This document shows positions 1 to 9,040 of a stretch of 57,728 nt of DNA, piece by piece. The notes under the pieces were generated by a model. It had not been told where the DNA came from. It searched no databases and saw only the letters and a list, made by a program, of their open reading frames with translations. Positions within the stretch are counted from its first letter, which is position 1; each line of letters starts with the position of its first letter. Source of the DNA: a virus (lineage: Duplodnaviria; Caudoviricetes); the IMG/VR virus record IMGVR_UViG_3300030430_005103, positions 1-57,728 of that record; one strand, given 5' to 3'. The position numbers were made by a program, and so were the translations under genes.

Positions 1-1
1 T

Positions 2-82
2 AAACCAAGAAAACGTAAAAAAGTTTCTGAAAAAGAAGTTAATGAGGCGTTAAACTATTTATTACAGAAACTTGGAGTGTAA
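2..82 (+). CDS. 3' end of an upstream gene (partial, hypothetical)
   Basis: Frame 2 is open from the window edge (KPRKRKKVSEKEVNEALNYLLQKLGV) to TAA at 80-82, four nt before the next ATG. Confidence 0.6.
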   Translation, partial: KPRKRKKVSEKEVNEALNYLLQKLGV

Positions 83-86
83 ATTA

Positions 87-821
87 ATGATTGATCGCGA
101 TGAATTTTTAAAAGAACTAAAAGAAGAACAACGTTTTCGAAAAGTGATTCGTGGTCTTCTAGAAAATTATCTTTCTGAAAAGAAAGAAAAAGCAACACTT
201 GAAGAGAATAGACTTCGTGGTGTTATTCGATCTCTTATTAAAGAAGTATCTGGTGCGGCTGATGTTCCAGATAGCCAACCCCAAAGAGCAACAGGGATAA
301 ATGTTCTTGAGGATACTTTAAAAGTAATCATTCCAGTGATTGAAGATGCGTATAAAGGACTCACGACATCAAAGTCACAAAGAGAATCGTTTAGAGCACA
401 TGTTCTTAATGCAGTTGAAAACTCACTTGCACCAGTAGATGTTACATCAGGCGCTGATGAAAGTCAAGAAGAAAATGAACTTGAAGAAGATGTGTCTTTA
501 GATGTTGATGTTGAAGATGATAAATTTATTCCAGTTCGCGATCAAGATATGACACCAGAACCAGAAGAAACAGAAGAACCCCAGTCGTTTCAGGACTTAG
601 AGGGCATGAACATCACTGGTAGAAACTTTGCTTCAACAACATTTAATAAAGTTGAAAATCAAATTTTAGATGCTTATGAAAGTTTAGCTGATGATAAAGA
701 TCGCGATCTTTATAAAGAATATATGTTGACAAACCTCAAATTATATTTTGATAGATTTGAAGAAGAGCTGCAGCCAACGTTGCCAGAGCCTGATTCTCCA
801 GATTATGATCAAGGTGTTTAA
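87..821 (+). CDS. Acidic hypothetical protein, possible head internal/scaffold-like protein
   Basis: ATG at 87 follows GGAG at 74-77, a better start than TTG 72. Two EExR(F/L)RxVIRxL repeats and a long D/E-rich linker. Confidence 0.6.
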   Translation: MIDRDEFLKELKEEQRFRKVIRGLLENYLSEKKEKATLEENRLRGVIRSLIKEVSGAADVPDSQPQRATGINVLEDTLKVIIPVIEDAYKGLTTSKSQRESFRAHVLNAVENSLAPVDVTSGADESQEENELEEDVSLDVDVEDDKFIPVRDQDMTPEPEETEEPQSFQDLEGMNITGRNFASTTFNKVENQILDAYESLADDKDRDLYKEYMLTNLKLYFDRFEEELQPTLPEPDSPDYDQGV

Positions 822-1198
822 TGCCCTGGAAAAACAAAAGAAATAAAAAACCCTTTACAAAATATTCTAATTATAGTATAATAAAAAAATTAAAATCTGA
901 AAAGAAAATTACTGATAATACTTTAAATAATATTAATAATATTTCTTTAGAAGATTTAATAGCTATAAAATTAGAATTATCTACAAGATATTTATGTGGC
1001 AAATTATATGGTATACCTATATGGAGGTTAACCAGACATGCAGTTACAGATGCCCTTCTGAAAACAGCTTTAAGTATTGCAAGAACAAAAAAAGAAGCAG
1101 CTAGATTTTTAGGGGTTGACTATATGGAGTTTAATCGCTATATTAAAAAGTATAATACTATTTCATTTTTTGAGAAAGAAGAAAAAGAGGTTATATGA
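821..1198 (+). CDS. Fis-like helix-turn-helix DNA-binding protein
   Basis: C-terminal AVTDALLKTALSIARTKKEAARFLGVDYMEFNRYIKKY follows the Fis/HTH_8 pattern (LL...L......AA..LG.......KKY). Confidence 0.7.
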   Translation: MPWKNKRNKKPFTKYSNYSIIKKLKSEKKITDNTLNNINNISLEDLIAIKLELSTRYLCGKLYGIPIWRLTRHAVTDALLKTALSIARTKKEAARFLGVDYMEFNRYIKKYNTISFFEKEEKEVI

Positions 1199-1425
1199 AT
1201 AATAAATTATTTAATGCAGCAAAAATAAAATACGAAGCTGAAGCTGAAGAAGCAAGAGCGATGTTGGATATGTTATTTACTCAAACTGTTATGGTTGGAG
1301 AACACACTGATATCTTAAAAGAAGTTGATAAATGGACTACAATATTAGCGGAAGCATTAGAATGTATTGATGCGCTAGATGATTTTGTTATGCACCGAAC
1401 AGAGGAGGGGCTGCAAACCCCTTAA
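1195..1425 (+). CDS. Small helical hypothetical protein
   Basis: GAGG SD, ATGA overlap with the upstream gene, amphipathic helices. Confidence 0.7.
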   Translation: MNNKLFNAAKIKYEAEAEEARAMLDMLFTQTVMVGEHTDILKEVDKWTTILAEALECIDALDDFVMHRTEEGLQTP

Positions 1426-1439
1426 AAGGAGGGTTGAAA

Positions 1440-1646
1440 ATGTCGACAACAAGATTTACTTTAGATGGAAATGGAAAAAGAGCTTACATTGGTTCTCCAG
1501 TATATTACAAAAATAAAGTTTGGTTGTTAGAAGATATTCAATATCTCCGCTGGAATTCAGAACAATATCTAACCTTACAAGATCCAAAAAATAAAAATAA
1601 AAAAATTGAGTTTGTTAAAGCTACTTTAATATCGGCAGTTGATTGA
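1440..1646 (+). CDS. Small hypothetical protein (possible SH3/KOW-like beta barrel)
   Basis: Strong SD AAGGAGGG at 1426-1433 fits ATG 1440. DGNGKRAYIGSPV-type start followed by short beta strands. Confidence 0.65.
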   Translation: MSTTRFTLDGNGKRAYIGSPVYYKNKVWLLEDIQYLRWNSEQYLTLQDPKNKNKKIEFVKATLISAVD

Positions 1647-2032
1647 TGGCAAGTAAATATGGCAAAAAAAGAAAGTCTATTCGTGCTTTTGAGCAAGAGC
1701 ATTGGTATGTAACAAATATTGACCATATTAGTTTAAAAGCTGAATTGACAACTGGAAGATTATTAATAACAATTATTCATGATAAAACTGAATATGCTTT
1801 TACTTTGCCCGATACGAAAACTTCAATAGCAAACAACAGACAACAAATTGACAATAAAATATCTTTTTATTTAGATACATTTTTTCAAATGGATGAATTT
1901 ACTTTTTTGCAAGCACACACAGATGAAGAAAACTATACAGATTATATGAATTTATATACAGACCTAATCTGGGTTAAAAACAAACTAGGTCTGACCATTT
2001 GGAATAGAAAAAAGTTTACTTATAGATATTAA
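1646..2032 (+). CDS. Hypothetical protein
   Basis: TGATG coupling to the upstream gene. Its stop overlaps the convergent protease stop in TTAA at 2029-2032. Confidence 0.65.
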   Translation: MASKYGKKRKSIRAFEQEHWYVTNIDHISLKAELTTGRLLITIIHDKTEYAFTLPDTKTSIANNRQQIDNKISFYLDTFFQMDEFTFLQAHTDEENYTDYMNLYTDLIWVKNKLGLTIWNRKKFTYRY

Positions 2033-2784
2033 TTATCATTACATTCGTCTGGAATGCAAACCCATTCAGCCAATTCAGCTTTTGAAAGACCGCTTCTAAT
2101 AAACTCCATAAGCTCTTCATAAGGTGAAGAAATAGCAATATTTCTAAACTTTACTAAAACAGAGTGAACCATTCCTACTAATTCACCTTTAGAATTAAGA
2201 ATCATAGATCCAGAAGATCCAAAAGTAGCAGATAAAGAATAGACATCTTGGCCATCTTCCTCACCAGCATATCTACCTTCAAAGACTGGAACCATATCAT
2301 AATCAAACATACCTAAAGGAGCCGCTATATTATAAACTTTTTCACCTCTTTTTGGAGGTTTCATGGCCAGAGGTATAACCTCCACCCCTTCAGTTAAACC
2401 CTCGGCAAAAAGCAAACAAGCGTCAATTGACTGATCTTTTTTTAGAACAACCGCATCATATCTTTTTAATGATAATGTTGAAACTCTCATATGAATAGTT
2501 TGTTCAACCGATTCCAATAAACCCCTTTCGCCATCACAAACGTGCGCGGCGGTAACTATATAGGCGCCTTTGTCGGATAGTCTAACAACATAACCAGATC
2601 CCGAAGATCGTAAATCCATTGTGGCACAATTGTCTTTACCAAAGCATCTTTTTAACTGAACTGTTTTGCTAATAAACGCAAATCCTTCTCTTGGAAAATC
2701 ATTTTTTACACTTGAATTCATTGTGCCGCAAGAGAAAGTAAACAGCATAACGAACGCGAGGGTACCAACCATAACCCTACTCAT
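2029..2784 (-). CDS. Trypsin-like (S1) serine protease, probable lipoprotein
   Basis: TAAHVC (His), DACLL (Asp) and GSSGS (Ser) triad motifs. Hydrophobic N-terminus ending FTFSC. GGAGGA SD on the minus strand. Confidence 0.9.
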   Translation of the reverse strand: MSRVMVGTLAFVMLFTFSCGTMNSSVKNDFPREGFAFISKTVQLKRCFGKDNCATMDLRSSGSGYVVRLSDKGAYIVTAAHVCDGERGLLESVEQTIHMRVSTLSLKRYDAVVLKKDQSIDACLLFAEGLTEGVEVIPLAMKPPKRGEKVYNIAAPLGMFDYDMVPVFEGRYAGEEDGQDVYSLSATFGSSGSMILNSKGELVGMVHSVLVKFRNIAISSPYEELMEFIRSGLSKAELAEWVCIPDECNDN

Positions 2785-2875
2785 TTTTTTATCCTCCTAT
2801 GTCTCTGAGAATTTTACTCTCATATAAATAAATAAGGGAGCCGGAATGCTTTTCTCCTTTTTTATAAACAAAAAC

Positions 2876-2883
2876 ACTATTTA
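2876..2883 (+). promoter_or_regulatory. ACTATTTA putative phage late-promoter motif upstream of phoH
   Basis: The same motif recurs in several short intergenic gaps just upstream of start codons. Confidence 0.5.
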
Positions 2884-2892
2884 TAATGACTG

Positions 2893-2938
2893 CTTCTTCA
2901 GTTTAAATTAACTTGAAATAAGTGTTTTAATGAAGAAG
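2893..2938 (+). repeat. Long imperfect hairpin in the phoH leader
   Basis: CTTCTTCA (2893-2900) pairs with TGAAGAAG (2931-2938), enclosing TTAAA/TTTAA and ACTT/AAGT inner stems. Confidence 0.6.
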
Positions 2939-2965
2939 ATCAAGTGTTTAACAAAGTGAGTTAAC

Positions 2966-4279
2966 ATGGCTAAAAAAATTTATATTCTTGATACGAGCGT
3001 CTGTTTAACAGATGCTAATTGTATTCGATCTTATGGTACTAACGATATTGTCCTTCCTTTAAAAGTTCTTGAAGAAATAGACAACAATAAAAAAAGACAA
3101 GACGGAGCCGGCACAAATGCGAGGATGTTGATTCGTGATCTTGACGCCCTTCGTGAGAAAGGTAGCTTGTCTAAAGGAGTAAGAATAGATAAAGGGAAAG
3201 GTATAATATGCGTGAAAATGGTCAAGCGTGAAGGAATACCGGAAGATTTAGATTTATCGGTGCCTGATAATGAAATCATTAGCGTTGCGTTAAACCAAAA
3301 AAATGAAAACCCAAAAAGAAAAGTAATCGTGGTCACACGAGACATTAACATGCGTGTTAAATGCGATTCTCTGGGTCTTCCGACTGAGGATTATAATTCA
3401 GATCAAGTTATAAAAGATACAGATAATATATACACTGGCTTTGTCGAACATTTGGTTGATGAGCCTGTTTTGGATAGGTTTTATAATGGAGAAGAAGTCT
3501 ATATTGAAGAAGAAGAGCTAGAGTTAAATCCAAATCAATTTTTAATGTTGATATCAAATCAAAATGAAAAAAAGACTGCTCTTGGAAAGTTTGAATCTTA
3601 TGAGAAACCCCTAAATTTGCTCAATCCCGGCAATAAAAAAAGACTTTGGGGTTTGAAATCTAGAAATAAAGAGCAGATTTTTGCTATGGATTTATTAGAA
3701 GACCCAAAAGTGAATGTGGTTACGTTAGTGGGTAAGGCTGGCTGTGGTAAGACCTTAATGGCAATAGCTGCCGGCCTTAGCCAAGTTGTGGAAAAAGAAA
3801 CCTATAGTCGCTTAGTAGTCTCCAGACCGATACAACCGATGGGTAGAGATATTGGCTTTTTACCAGGAACAATGGAAGAAAAAATGTCACCTTGGGTCGC
3901 GCCAATCAGAGATAATTTGGAATATCTAATGGCAAATGACAAGGCAACATTAGAAACTTATATGGATAGAGGTAAGATAGAAGTTGAAGCGTTAACTTAT
4001 ATAAGAGGTAGATCAATCGCGAATGCTTTTATCATTATTGATGAAGCTCAGAACTTAACCGCACATGAACTTAAAACAATATTAACTCGTGTGGGAGAAG
4101 GAACAAAAATAGTTTTGACCGGCGACATCGAACAAATTGATAATGTATATCTAGATGAAACCTCAAACGGTCTTACCCACGCTGTTGAAAAATTTAAAAC
4201 TTTTGAAATTTCTGGGCATGTTACGCTTCGAAAGGGTGAAAGGTCTAAAGTGGCGACAATCGCATCTAAAATTCTTTAA
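2966..4279 (+). CDS. phoH: PIN-domain PhoH family ATPase (PhoH2/YlaK type)
   Basis: N-terminal PIN (ILDTSV, LEEID, DNEII, VTRDINMRVK), Walker A GKAGCGKT, GFLPG, RGRS, IIDEAQN, GDIEQID. Confidence 0.95.
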   Translation: MAKKIYILDTSVCLTDANCIRSYGTNDIVLPLKVLEEIDNNKKRQDGAGTNARMLIRDLDALREKGSLSKGVRIDKGKGIICVKMVKREGIPEDLDLSVPDNEIISVALNQKNENPKRKVIVVTRDINMRVKCDSLGLPTEDYNSDQVIKDTDNIYTGFVEHLVDEPVLDRFYNGEEVYIEEEELELNPNQFLMLISNQNEKKTALGKFESYEKPLNLLNPGNKKRLWGLKSRNKEQIFAMDLLEDPKVNVVTLVGKAGCGKTLMAIAAGLSQVVEKETYSRLVVSRPIQPMGRDIGFLPGTMEEKMSPWVAPIRDNLEYLMANDKATLETYMDRGKIEVEALTYIRGRSIANAFIIIDEAQNLTAHELKTILTRVGEGTKIVLTGDIEQIDNVYLDETSNGLTHAVEKFKTFEISGHVTLRKGERSKVATIASKIL

Positions 4280-4322
4280 ATTATCTCAAATATCTGTTAT
4301 ATTTACATAAAAGGAGAATCTT

Positions 4323-4613
4323 ATGACAGTACAAAATGAAAATCCTGATTTATTTGAACCAATACAGCCTGTGAATGAGATGAAAAAATGGTTGGTTAAT
4401 TATGTTGGAGAAAAAATAAATCCTGACAATGATGAAGTTAACGTTGAAATGATTATTCAAGTTATGGCCACTGAGTTTCCGGAATTTTTATTGGCAATCG
4501 CAGAAGAAAATTTTATACGAGGTTATCAACAAGGCTTAAGTGATGCTGATTTATCTGCGTCCGACGCTTTACCATCAGCGTTAGAAAATGGGGCTTTAGG
4601 ATATTCTAAATAA
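4323..4613 (+). CDS. Hypothetical protein
   Basis: AAGGAG SD, ORF fills the gap, AEENFIRGYQQG segment. Confidence 0.75.
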   Translation: MTVQNENPDLFEPIQPVNEMKKWLVNYVGEKINPDNDEVNVEMIIQVMATEFPEFLLAIAEENFIRGYQQGLSDADLSASDALPSALENGALGYSK

Positions 4614-5294
4614 ATGAAAGATTATATAACAGAGGGTGTTCAAAAATCCAAGAAAAAACTTAAAAAATATAAAATTTACGGGCGCCCCTTTGTTTTTACC
4701 CAACCGTTCGAAAGAGATATTAATTTACAATATATTAAAGATAAAATTGAAACACTAACACCGGAGCATTTTTTTGATAATGTTGATGGTTTTTTTGTTG
4801 GGTATGTTAAAGAATTTTTTAAAAATGGTCGTGAATATAATGCCATGTTTAAAGATGGGGCGATATATCTATCCCCAGATCAAGATGATGAGAGAGATCT
4901 GCTAGATGATATACTTCATGAACTAGCACACGCTGTCGAAAAAAAACACCAAGATAAAATATATGGCGACGGCCGCTTAGAACGTGAATTTGTGGCAAAA
5001 AGAGTACATTTATACTATCGTTTAGGAGATAAAAATTACAATCTAGAGGACTATAGTAAGCCAGAATATGATTATGAATTTGATCAACATTTATACAAAA
5101 ATATTGGTTATGATAGGTTGAGAGGTATGTCAGCTGAGTTATTCTATTCACCGTATGCTATTACAGCCTTGAGAGAATATTGGGCAAATGGTTTTGAAAA
5201 CTATTTATTAGGTAGTAGAGGTAAATTAAAAGAAATTAGCCCAGTGCTTTATCAAAAAATAGATTCACTTTTTGATACTGAGGAGATGAGATGA
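4614..5294 (+). CDS. Zincin-like metallopeptidase
   Basis: HELAH (HExxH) plus a downstream EYWANGF third-ligand motif, as in ATLF/MtfA-like zincins. Confidence 0.7.
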   Translation: MKDYITEGVQKSKKKLKKYKIYGRPFVFTQPFERDINLQYIKDKIETLTPEHFFDNVDGFFVGYVKEFFKNGREYNAMFKDGAIYLSPDQDDERDLLDDILHELAHAVEKKHQDKIYGDGRLEREFVAKRVHLYYRLGDKNYNLEDYSKPEYDYEFDQHLYKNIGYDRLRGMSAELFYSPYAITALREYWANGFENYLLGSRGKLKEISPVLYQKIDSLFDTEEMR

Positions 5295-5701
5295 AATATA
5301 TTTCTAGAGAAGAAAAAGATGATCGGGTGGTATTCACATTTAGTGTTGTGAATAGGTCACGAACAAAGAGGGTTTACTATCCGGTTGAAAAAATAATTGA
5401 AGCTATAAAAAATAAAAATAATTTGGATAATTATGTTTTCTTAGAAAACGAAAGTTCTGGTGTGGTAACAAATTCAAATCCAAAGGGTAAATACGTATTT
5501 AAAAAGAAAGTGGTTGACATTTTAAATGATAATGTTAAAATAAATAAAACAAAAATAGAAGCTGATGCTCCTGTTAAAAAAGAGCAAAAAAAAGAAGCTT
5601 CGTCGCCCTCTAAAACTTTGCCTTACGGACTTAAAAAAACAGAGCCAAAAACCAGGCCAAAGAAAAAAAGAGCGACAAGAAAGAAAAAAACAGAGGAATA
5701 G
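5291..5701 (+). CDS. Hypothetical protein with Lys-rich C-terminal tail
   Basis: GAGGAG SD, ATGA overlap, basic low-complexity tail. Confidence 0.65.
   Translation: MKYISREEKDDRVVFTFSVVNRSRTKRVYYPVEKIIEAIKNKNNLDNYVFLENESSGVVTNSNPKGKYVFKKKVVDILNDNVKINKTKIEADAPVKKEQKKEASSPSKTLPYGLKKTEPKTRPKKKRATRKKKTEE
5514..5541 (+). promoter_or_regulatory. Putative sigma70-type promoter for the nuclease/glycan operon
   Basis: TTGACA (5514-5519), 16 nt spacer, TAAAAT (5536-5541), with an extended -10 TG at 5533-5534. Confidence 0.45.
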
Positions 5702-6505
5702 ATGTCCCACATATCCTACTCAGAGCTTAAAGAGTGGACCACTTGTGCTTGGAAGCATAAATTAAACTATATTGACAAAATCAGACAGTTTAAAGGTAAT
5801 GAGCATACTGCTTTTGGTTCAGCACTTCACACAGTTTGTGAAGTTATAGTTCAAGACTACGATGAAAATAAAAAATCTAAAGACTTAGAAGAGCTTTTTG
5901 AGGCAGAATTTTTACAAAACCTACAAAAAATAAAATCTTCATCCGAAATAGAATTTTCAGCAGATCTTTTAAGTTCGATGCGCAAGCAAGGAAAACACCT
6001 AACACAGTTTATTTTACCTGCTCTTAAAAAACATTTTGGAAACTTTGAAATGATATCTGTAGAGGAACAGATATATGAGACAATAGAAAATAAAACTATT
6101 GATAAAAAGTTTAAAGGTTTTATCGATCTCGTAATATACACACCAGACACCAAAAAATATCACGTTATCGATTGGAAAACTTGTTCTTGGGGTTGGGACA
6201 GTCGCAAAAAAACTGATAAAATGATCACCTATCAATTAAGTTTATATAAACACTTCTGGGCCAAAAAACATAATAAGAACTTAAAAGACATTACAACTCA
6301 TTTTGCTTTGTTAAAAAGAACAGCTAACAAAAATAATGTAGAGATATTCAAAGTTACCAATGGTGAGAAGAAAATATCTAATGCCCTTAAACTATTGAAT
6401 AAAGCAGTGTATAATATCAATAAAAGCAACCACGTCAAAAACAGACTTTCCTGCTACGGCAAATATGGCGTGTGCGAATATTACAAAACAAAGCATTGCT
6501 CATGA
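5702..6505 (+). CDS. PD-(D/E)XK exonuclease, Cas4/RecB-like with possible Fe-S cluster
   Basis: ISYS...C, GSALH, E..I, GFIDLV, IDWKT and QLSLY motifs, plus a C-terminal Cys triplet. Confidence 0.85.
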   Translation: MSHISYSELKEWTTCAWKHKLNYIDKIRQFKGNEHTAFGSALHTVCEVIVQDYDENKKSKDLEELFEAEFLQNLQKIKSSSEIEFSADLLSSMRKQGKHLTQFILPALKKHFGNFEMISVEEQIYETIENKTIDKKFKGFIDLVIYTPDTKKYHVIDWKTCSWGWDSRKKTDKMITYQLSLYKHFWAKKHNKNLKDITTHFALLKRTANKNNVEIFKVTNGEKKISNALKLLNKAVYNINKSNHVKNRLSCYGKYGVCEYYKTKHCS

Positions 6506-6512
6506 GGTTTAA

Positions 6513-7781
6513 ATGGATAAAAAAATTAAGGTCTTCACTCTTAGTGATATGCCTCTTAGTCCTAGTGGCGTTGGAACTCAAACTAGGTATATTTGTGAGG
6601 CGTTATTAAAAAGCGGTAAGTTCCAAATTCGTTCTTTTGGTGGTGCCATCAAGCATCCAAAGTATGACCCAATTAAAACAGAACAATATGGTGATGATTG
6701 GATTATGTTTCCGGTCGATGGATACGGAAGTAAAGAATCTGTGCGCTCTCTAATCCGACAAGAAAAACCAGACATTATGTGGTTTATGACAGATCCTCGG
6801 TTTTGGGGTTGGCTTTGGGAAATGGAAAACGAAATACGCCCTCTTATGCCAATGGTATATTATCATGTTTGGGATAATTATCCTTATCCAACTTTTAACA
6901 AGACAGCGTATGAGTCAAATGATTTTATTGCTACAATATCAAAAGTAACAGATGATATTGTTAAAACTGTTGCGCCTGAAGTAAAATCTCAATACATTCC
7001 ACATGCTGTCAATAGCGATATATTCACCCCTCTAGACAATGATGAAGAAATTGTCCAATTTAAAAAAATGGTTTTTGGTCCGTATCATGACCCAGACAAA
7101 TTTGTTTTCTTTTGGAACAATCGCAACGCTAGGAGAAAACAATCTGGATCTCTAATTTTTTGGTTTAAAGAGTTCCTTGATTCAGTTGGTCATGATAAAG
7201 CAACACTTGTTATGCATACAGAAGTTAAAGATCCTAATGGTCAAGATTTACAAGCAATTATTGAGCATCTAGGTTTAACTAATGGTGAGGTTTTATTTAG
7301 TCAATCAAAAGTAGATCTAAAAAGATTAGCTTTAATATATAACGTGGCCGACTGTACAATTAACATTTCCGATGCGGAAGGTTTTGGCTTGGCAACGCTT
7401 GAGTCTCTGTCATGCGGAACTCCAATTATTGTTAATATGACGGGTGGTCTTCAAGAGCAAGTTAAAAACGAAACTGATGAGTTTGGCATACCTTTATACC
7501 CAGCTTCACGCGCAATAATTGGATCTCAACAAATTCCATGGATATACGAAGATAGATTAAATGGTGATGAAGTTGTAGAGGCAATGAAAAAAATATATAA
7601 TATGTCAAAAGAAGATAGAAAAACTATGGGATTATTAGGTAGACAACACGTAATGAAAAACTATAATTTTGATACGTTCAGTAAAACTTGGGTTGACACA
7701 ATGTTAAATATTCACGAAGAAGAAGGTTCATGGGAAACTAGAAAGTATACTAAGCGTTGGACACTTAAGGAGGTTGCTTGA
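6513..7781 (+). CDS. Glycosyltransferase, GT4 family (GT-B)
   Basis: SGVG loop, IPHAVN, NRNARRK, EGFGLATLESLSCGTP (E-x7-E). Confidence 0.92.
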   Translation: MDKKIKVFTLSDMPLSPSGVGTQTRYICEALLKSGKFQIRSFGGAIKHPKYDPIKTEQYGDDWIMFPVDGYGSKESVRSLIRQEKPDIMWFMTDPRFWGWLWEMENEIRPLMPMVYYHVWDNYPYPTFNKTAYESNDFIATISKVTDDIVKTVAPEVKSQYIPHAVNSDIFTPLDNDEEIVQFKKMVFGPYHDPDKFVFFWNNRNARRKQSGSLIFWFKEFLDSVGHDKATLVMHTEVKDPNGQDLQAIIEHLGLTNGEVLFSQSKVDLKRLALIYNVADCTINISDAEGFGLATLESLSCGTPIIVNMTGGLQEQVKNETDEFGIPLYPASRAIIGSQQIPWIYEDRLNGDEVVEAMKKIYNMSKEDRKTMGLLGRQHVMKNYNFDTFSKTWVDTMLNIHEEEGSWETRKYTKRWTLKEVA

Positions 7782-9040
7782 TGAAAGTTTTAGTAAGAGG
7801 TCCAGCTTTGACAAGGACCGGTTATGGTGAACATTGTCGGTTTGTTCTTAGAGCACTCAAAGATGTTGAAGGATTAGATTTATACTTATTACCGGTTAAT
7901 TGGGGTGAATCATCTTGGGTTTGGGAAAATAACGAAGAAAGAGATTGGTTGGATGAGATAGTCCGTAAAACTTCTATATATGCTCAACAAAATGGGCAAT
8001 ATGATATGTCAATTCAAGTTACTATACCAAATGAGTGGCAAAAAATGGCACCTGTGAATATAGGTGTCACGGCCGGTATTGAAACGACAAAAGTGGCGCC
8101 CATATGGTTACAAAAATGTAACGAAATGGATAGGGTTATCACGATTTCAGAGCACTCAAAACAAACTCTCATCAACACTGTTTACGAAGGTGTAGATCAA
8201 AGAACTGGTCAAAGAATGATACTTAAATGCGAAAAAGATGTGAGCATAGTTCATTACCCAGTTAAACATTTTGAATCTTTACCTGAGTTGGATTTAGATT
8301 TAAGCACTAAATTTAATTTTCTTACGGTAGCTCAGTGGGGACCCAGAAAAAATTTAGGAGCAACTATAAAATGGTTTGTTGAAGAATTTATCGATAACCC
8401 TGAAGTTGGATTAGTTGTCAAAACATCTGTAAGAGGTGGATACCTCATGGATAGGGATATGATATATCCTGAATTACAAAAAATTATTTCTAAATATGAA
8501 AATAGAAAGTGTAAAGTTTATTTATTACATGGAGATTTAGATGATAATGAAATGCATTCCTTGTATAATCATAAAAACATAAAATGCTTGATTAGCCTTA
8601 CTCGTGGGGAAGGTTTTGGCCTCCCTCTTTTCGAAGCTGCTTATTCTGGCCTCCCAGTTTTGGCAACAGATTGGTCCGGGCATTTAGATTTTCTATATAA
8701 GCCAACCAAAAATAAAAAAGGAAAAGAAAAGATTAAGGCTCATTTTGCTAAAGTGGATTACGATTTACAACCAATATCTGAAGATGCTGTTTGGGATGGC
8801 GTATTACAAAAAGATTCTATGTGGGCATATGCTCAACAAGGATCATATAAGATGAAATTGCGTGAAGTTTATAAAGATTATGGAAGATATAAATCGCAGG
8901 CCGCAAAACTTCAGAAGTGGATCGTTAAAGAATTTTCAGAAGAAAAAGTCTTTTCTGATATGCGAAATGCCATCATAGATGAAGAAACTAAAAACTATCT
9001 TGAATGGGTCGGTTCTTTAGAGGAATTAGAAGTTGCGTAA
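7781..9040 (+). CDS. Glycosyltransferase, GT4 family (GT-B)
   Basis: TGYG, PRKN, RGEGFGLPLFEAAYSGLPV. AAGGAGG SD and TGATG coupling. Confidence 0.92.
   Translation: MKVLVRGPALTRTGYGEHCRFVLRALKDVEGLDLYLLPVNWGESSWVWENNEERDWLDEIVRKTSIYAQQNGQYDMSIQVTIPNEWQKMAPVNIGVTAGIETTKVAPIWLQKCNEMDRVITISEHSKQTLINTVYEGVDQRTGQRMILKCEKDVSIVHYPVKHFESLPELDLDLSTKFNFLTVAQWGPRKNLGATIKWFVEEFIDNPEVGLVVKTSVRGGYLMDRDMIYPELQKIISKYENRKCKVYLLHGDLDDNEMHSLYNHKNIKCLISLTRGEGFGLPLFEAAYSGLPVLATDWSGHLDFLYKPTKNKKGKEKIKAHFAKVDYDLQPISEDAVWDGVLQKDSMWAYAQQGSYKMKLREVYKDYGRYKSQAAKLQKWIVKEFSEEKVFSDMRNAIIDEETKNYLEWVGSLEELEVA

Noticed and set aside
1381-1452. Functional tRNA-Cys gene
   Set aside because: Only the anticodon arm pairs. The T, D and acceptor stems fail, and the region overlaps two CDSs.
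1848-1876. TTGACA as a sigma70 promoter
   Set aside because: No good -10 at the correct spacing, and it would point into a convergent gene.
5702-6505. Cas4-like nuclease as evidence of CRISPR-Cas
   Set aside because: No repeat-spacer array or other cas genes are present; solo PD-(D/E)XK nucleases are common in phages.
6513-9040. GT4 pair as DNA glucosyltransferases
   Set aside because: No hydroxymethylase or base-modification genes are nearby and the context is nonulosonate synthesis. Not fully excluded, since the 2OG oxygenase is uncharacterised.
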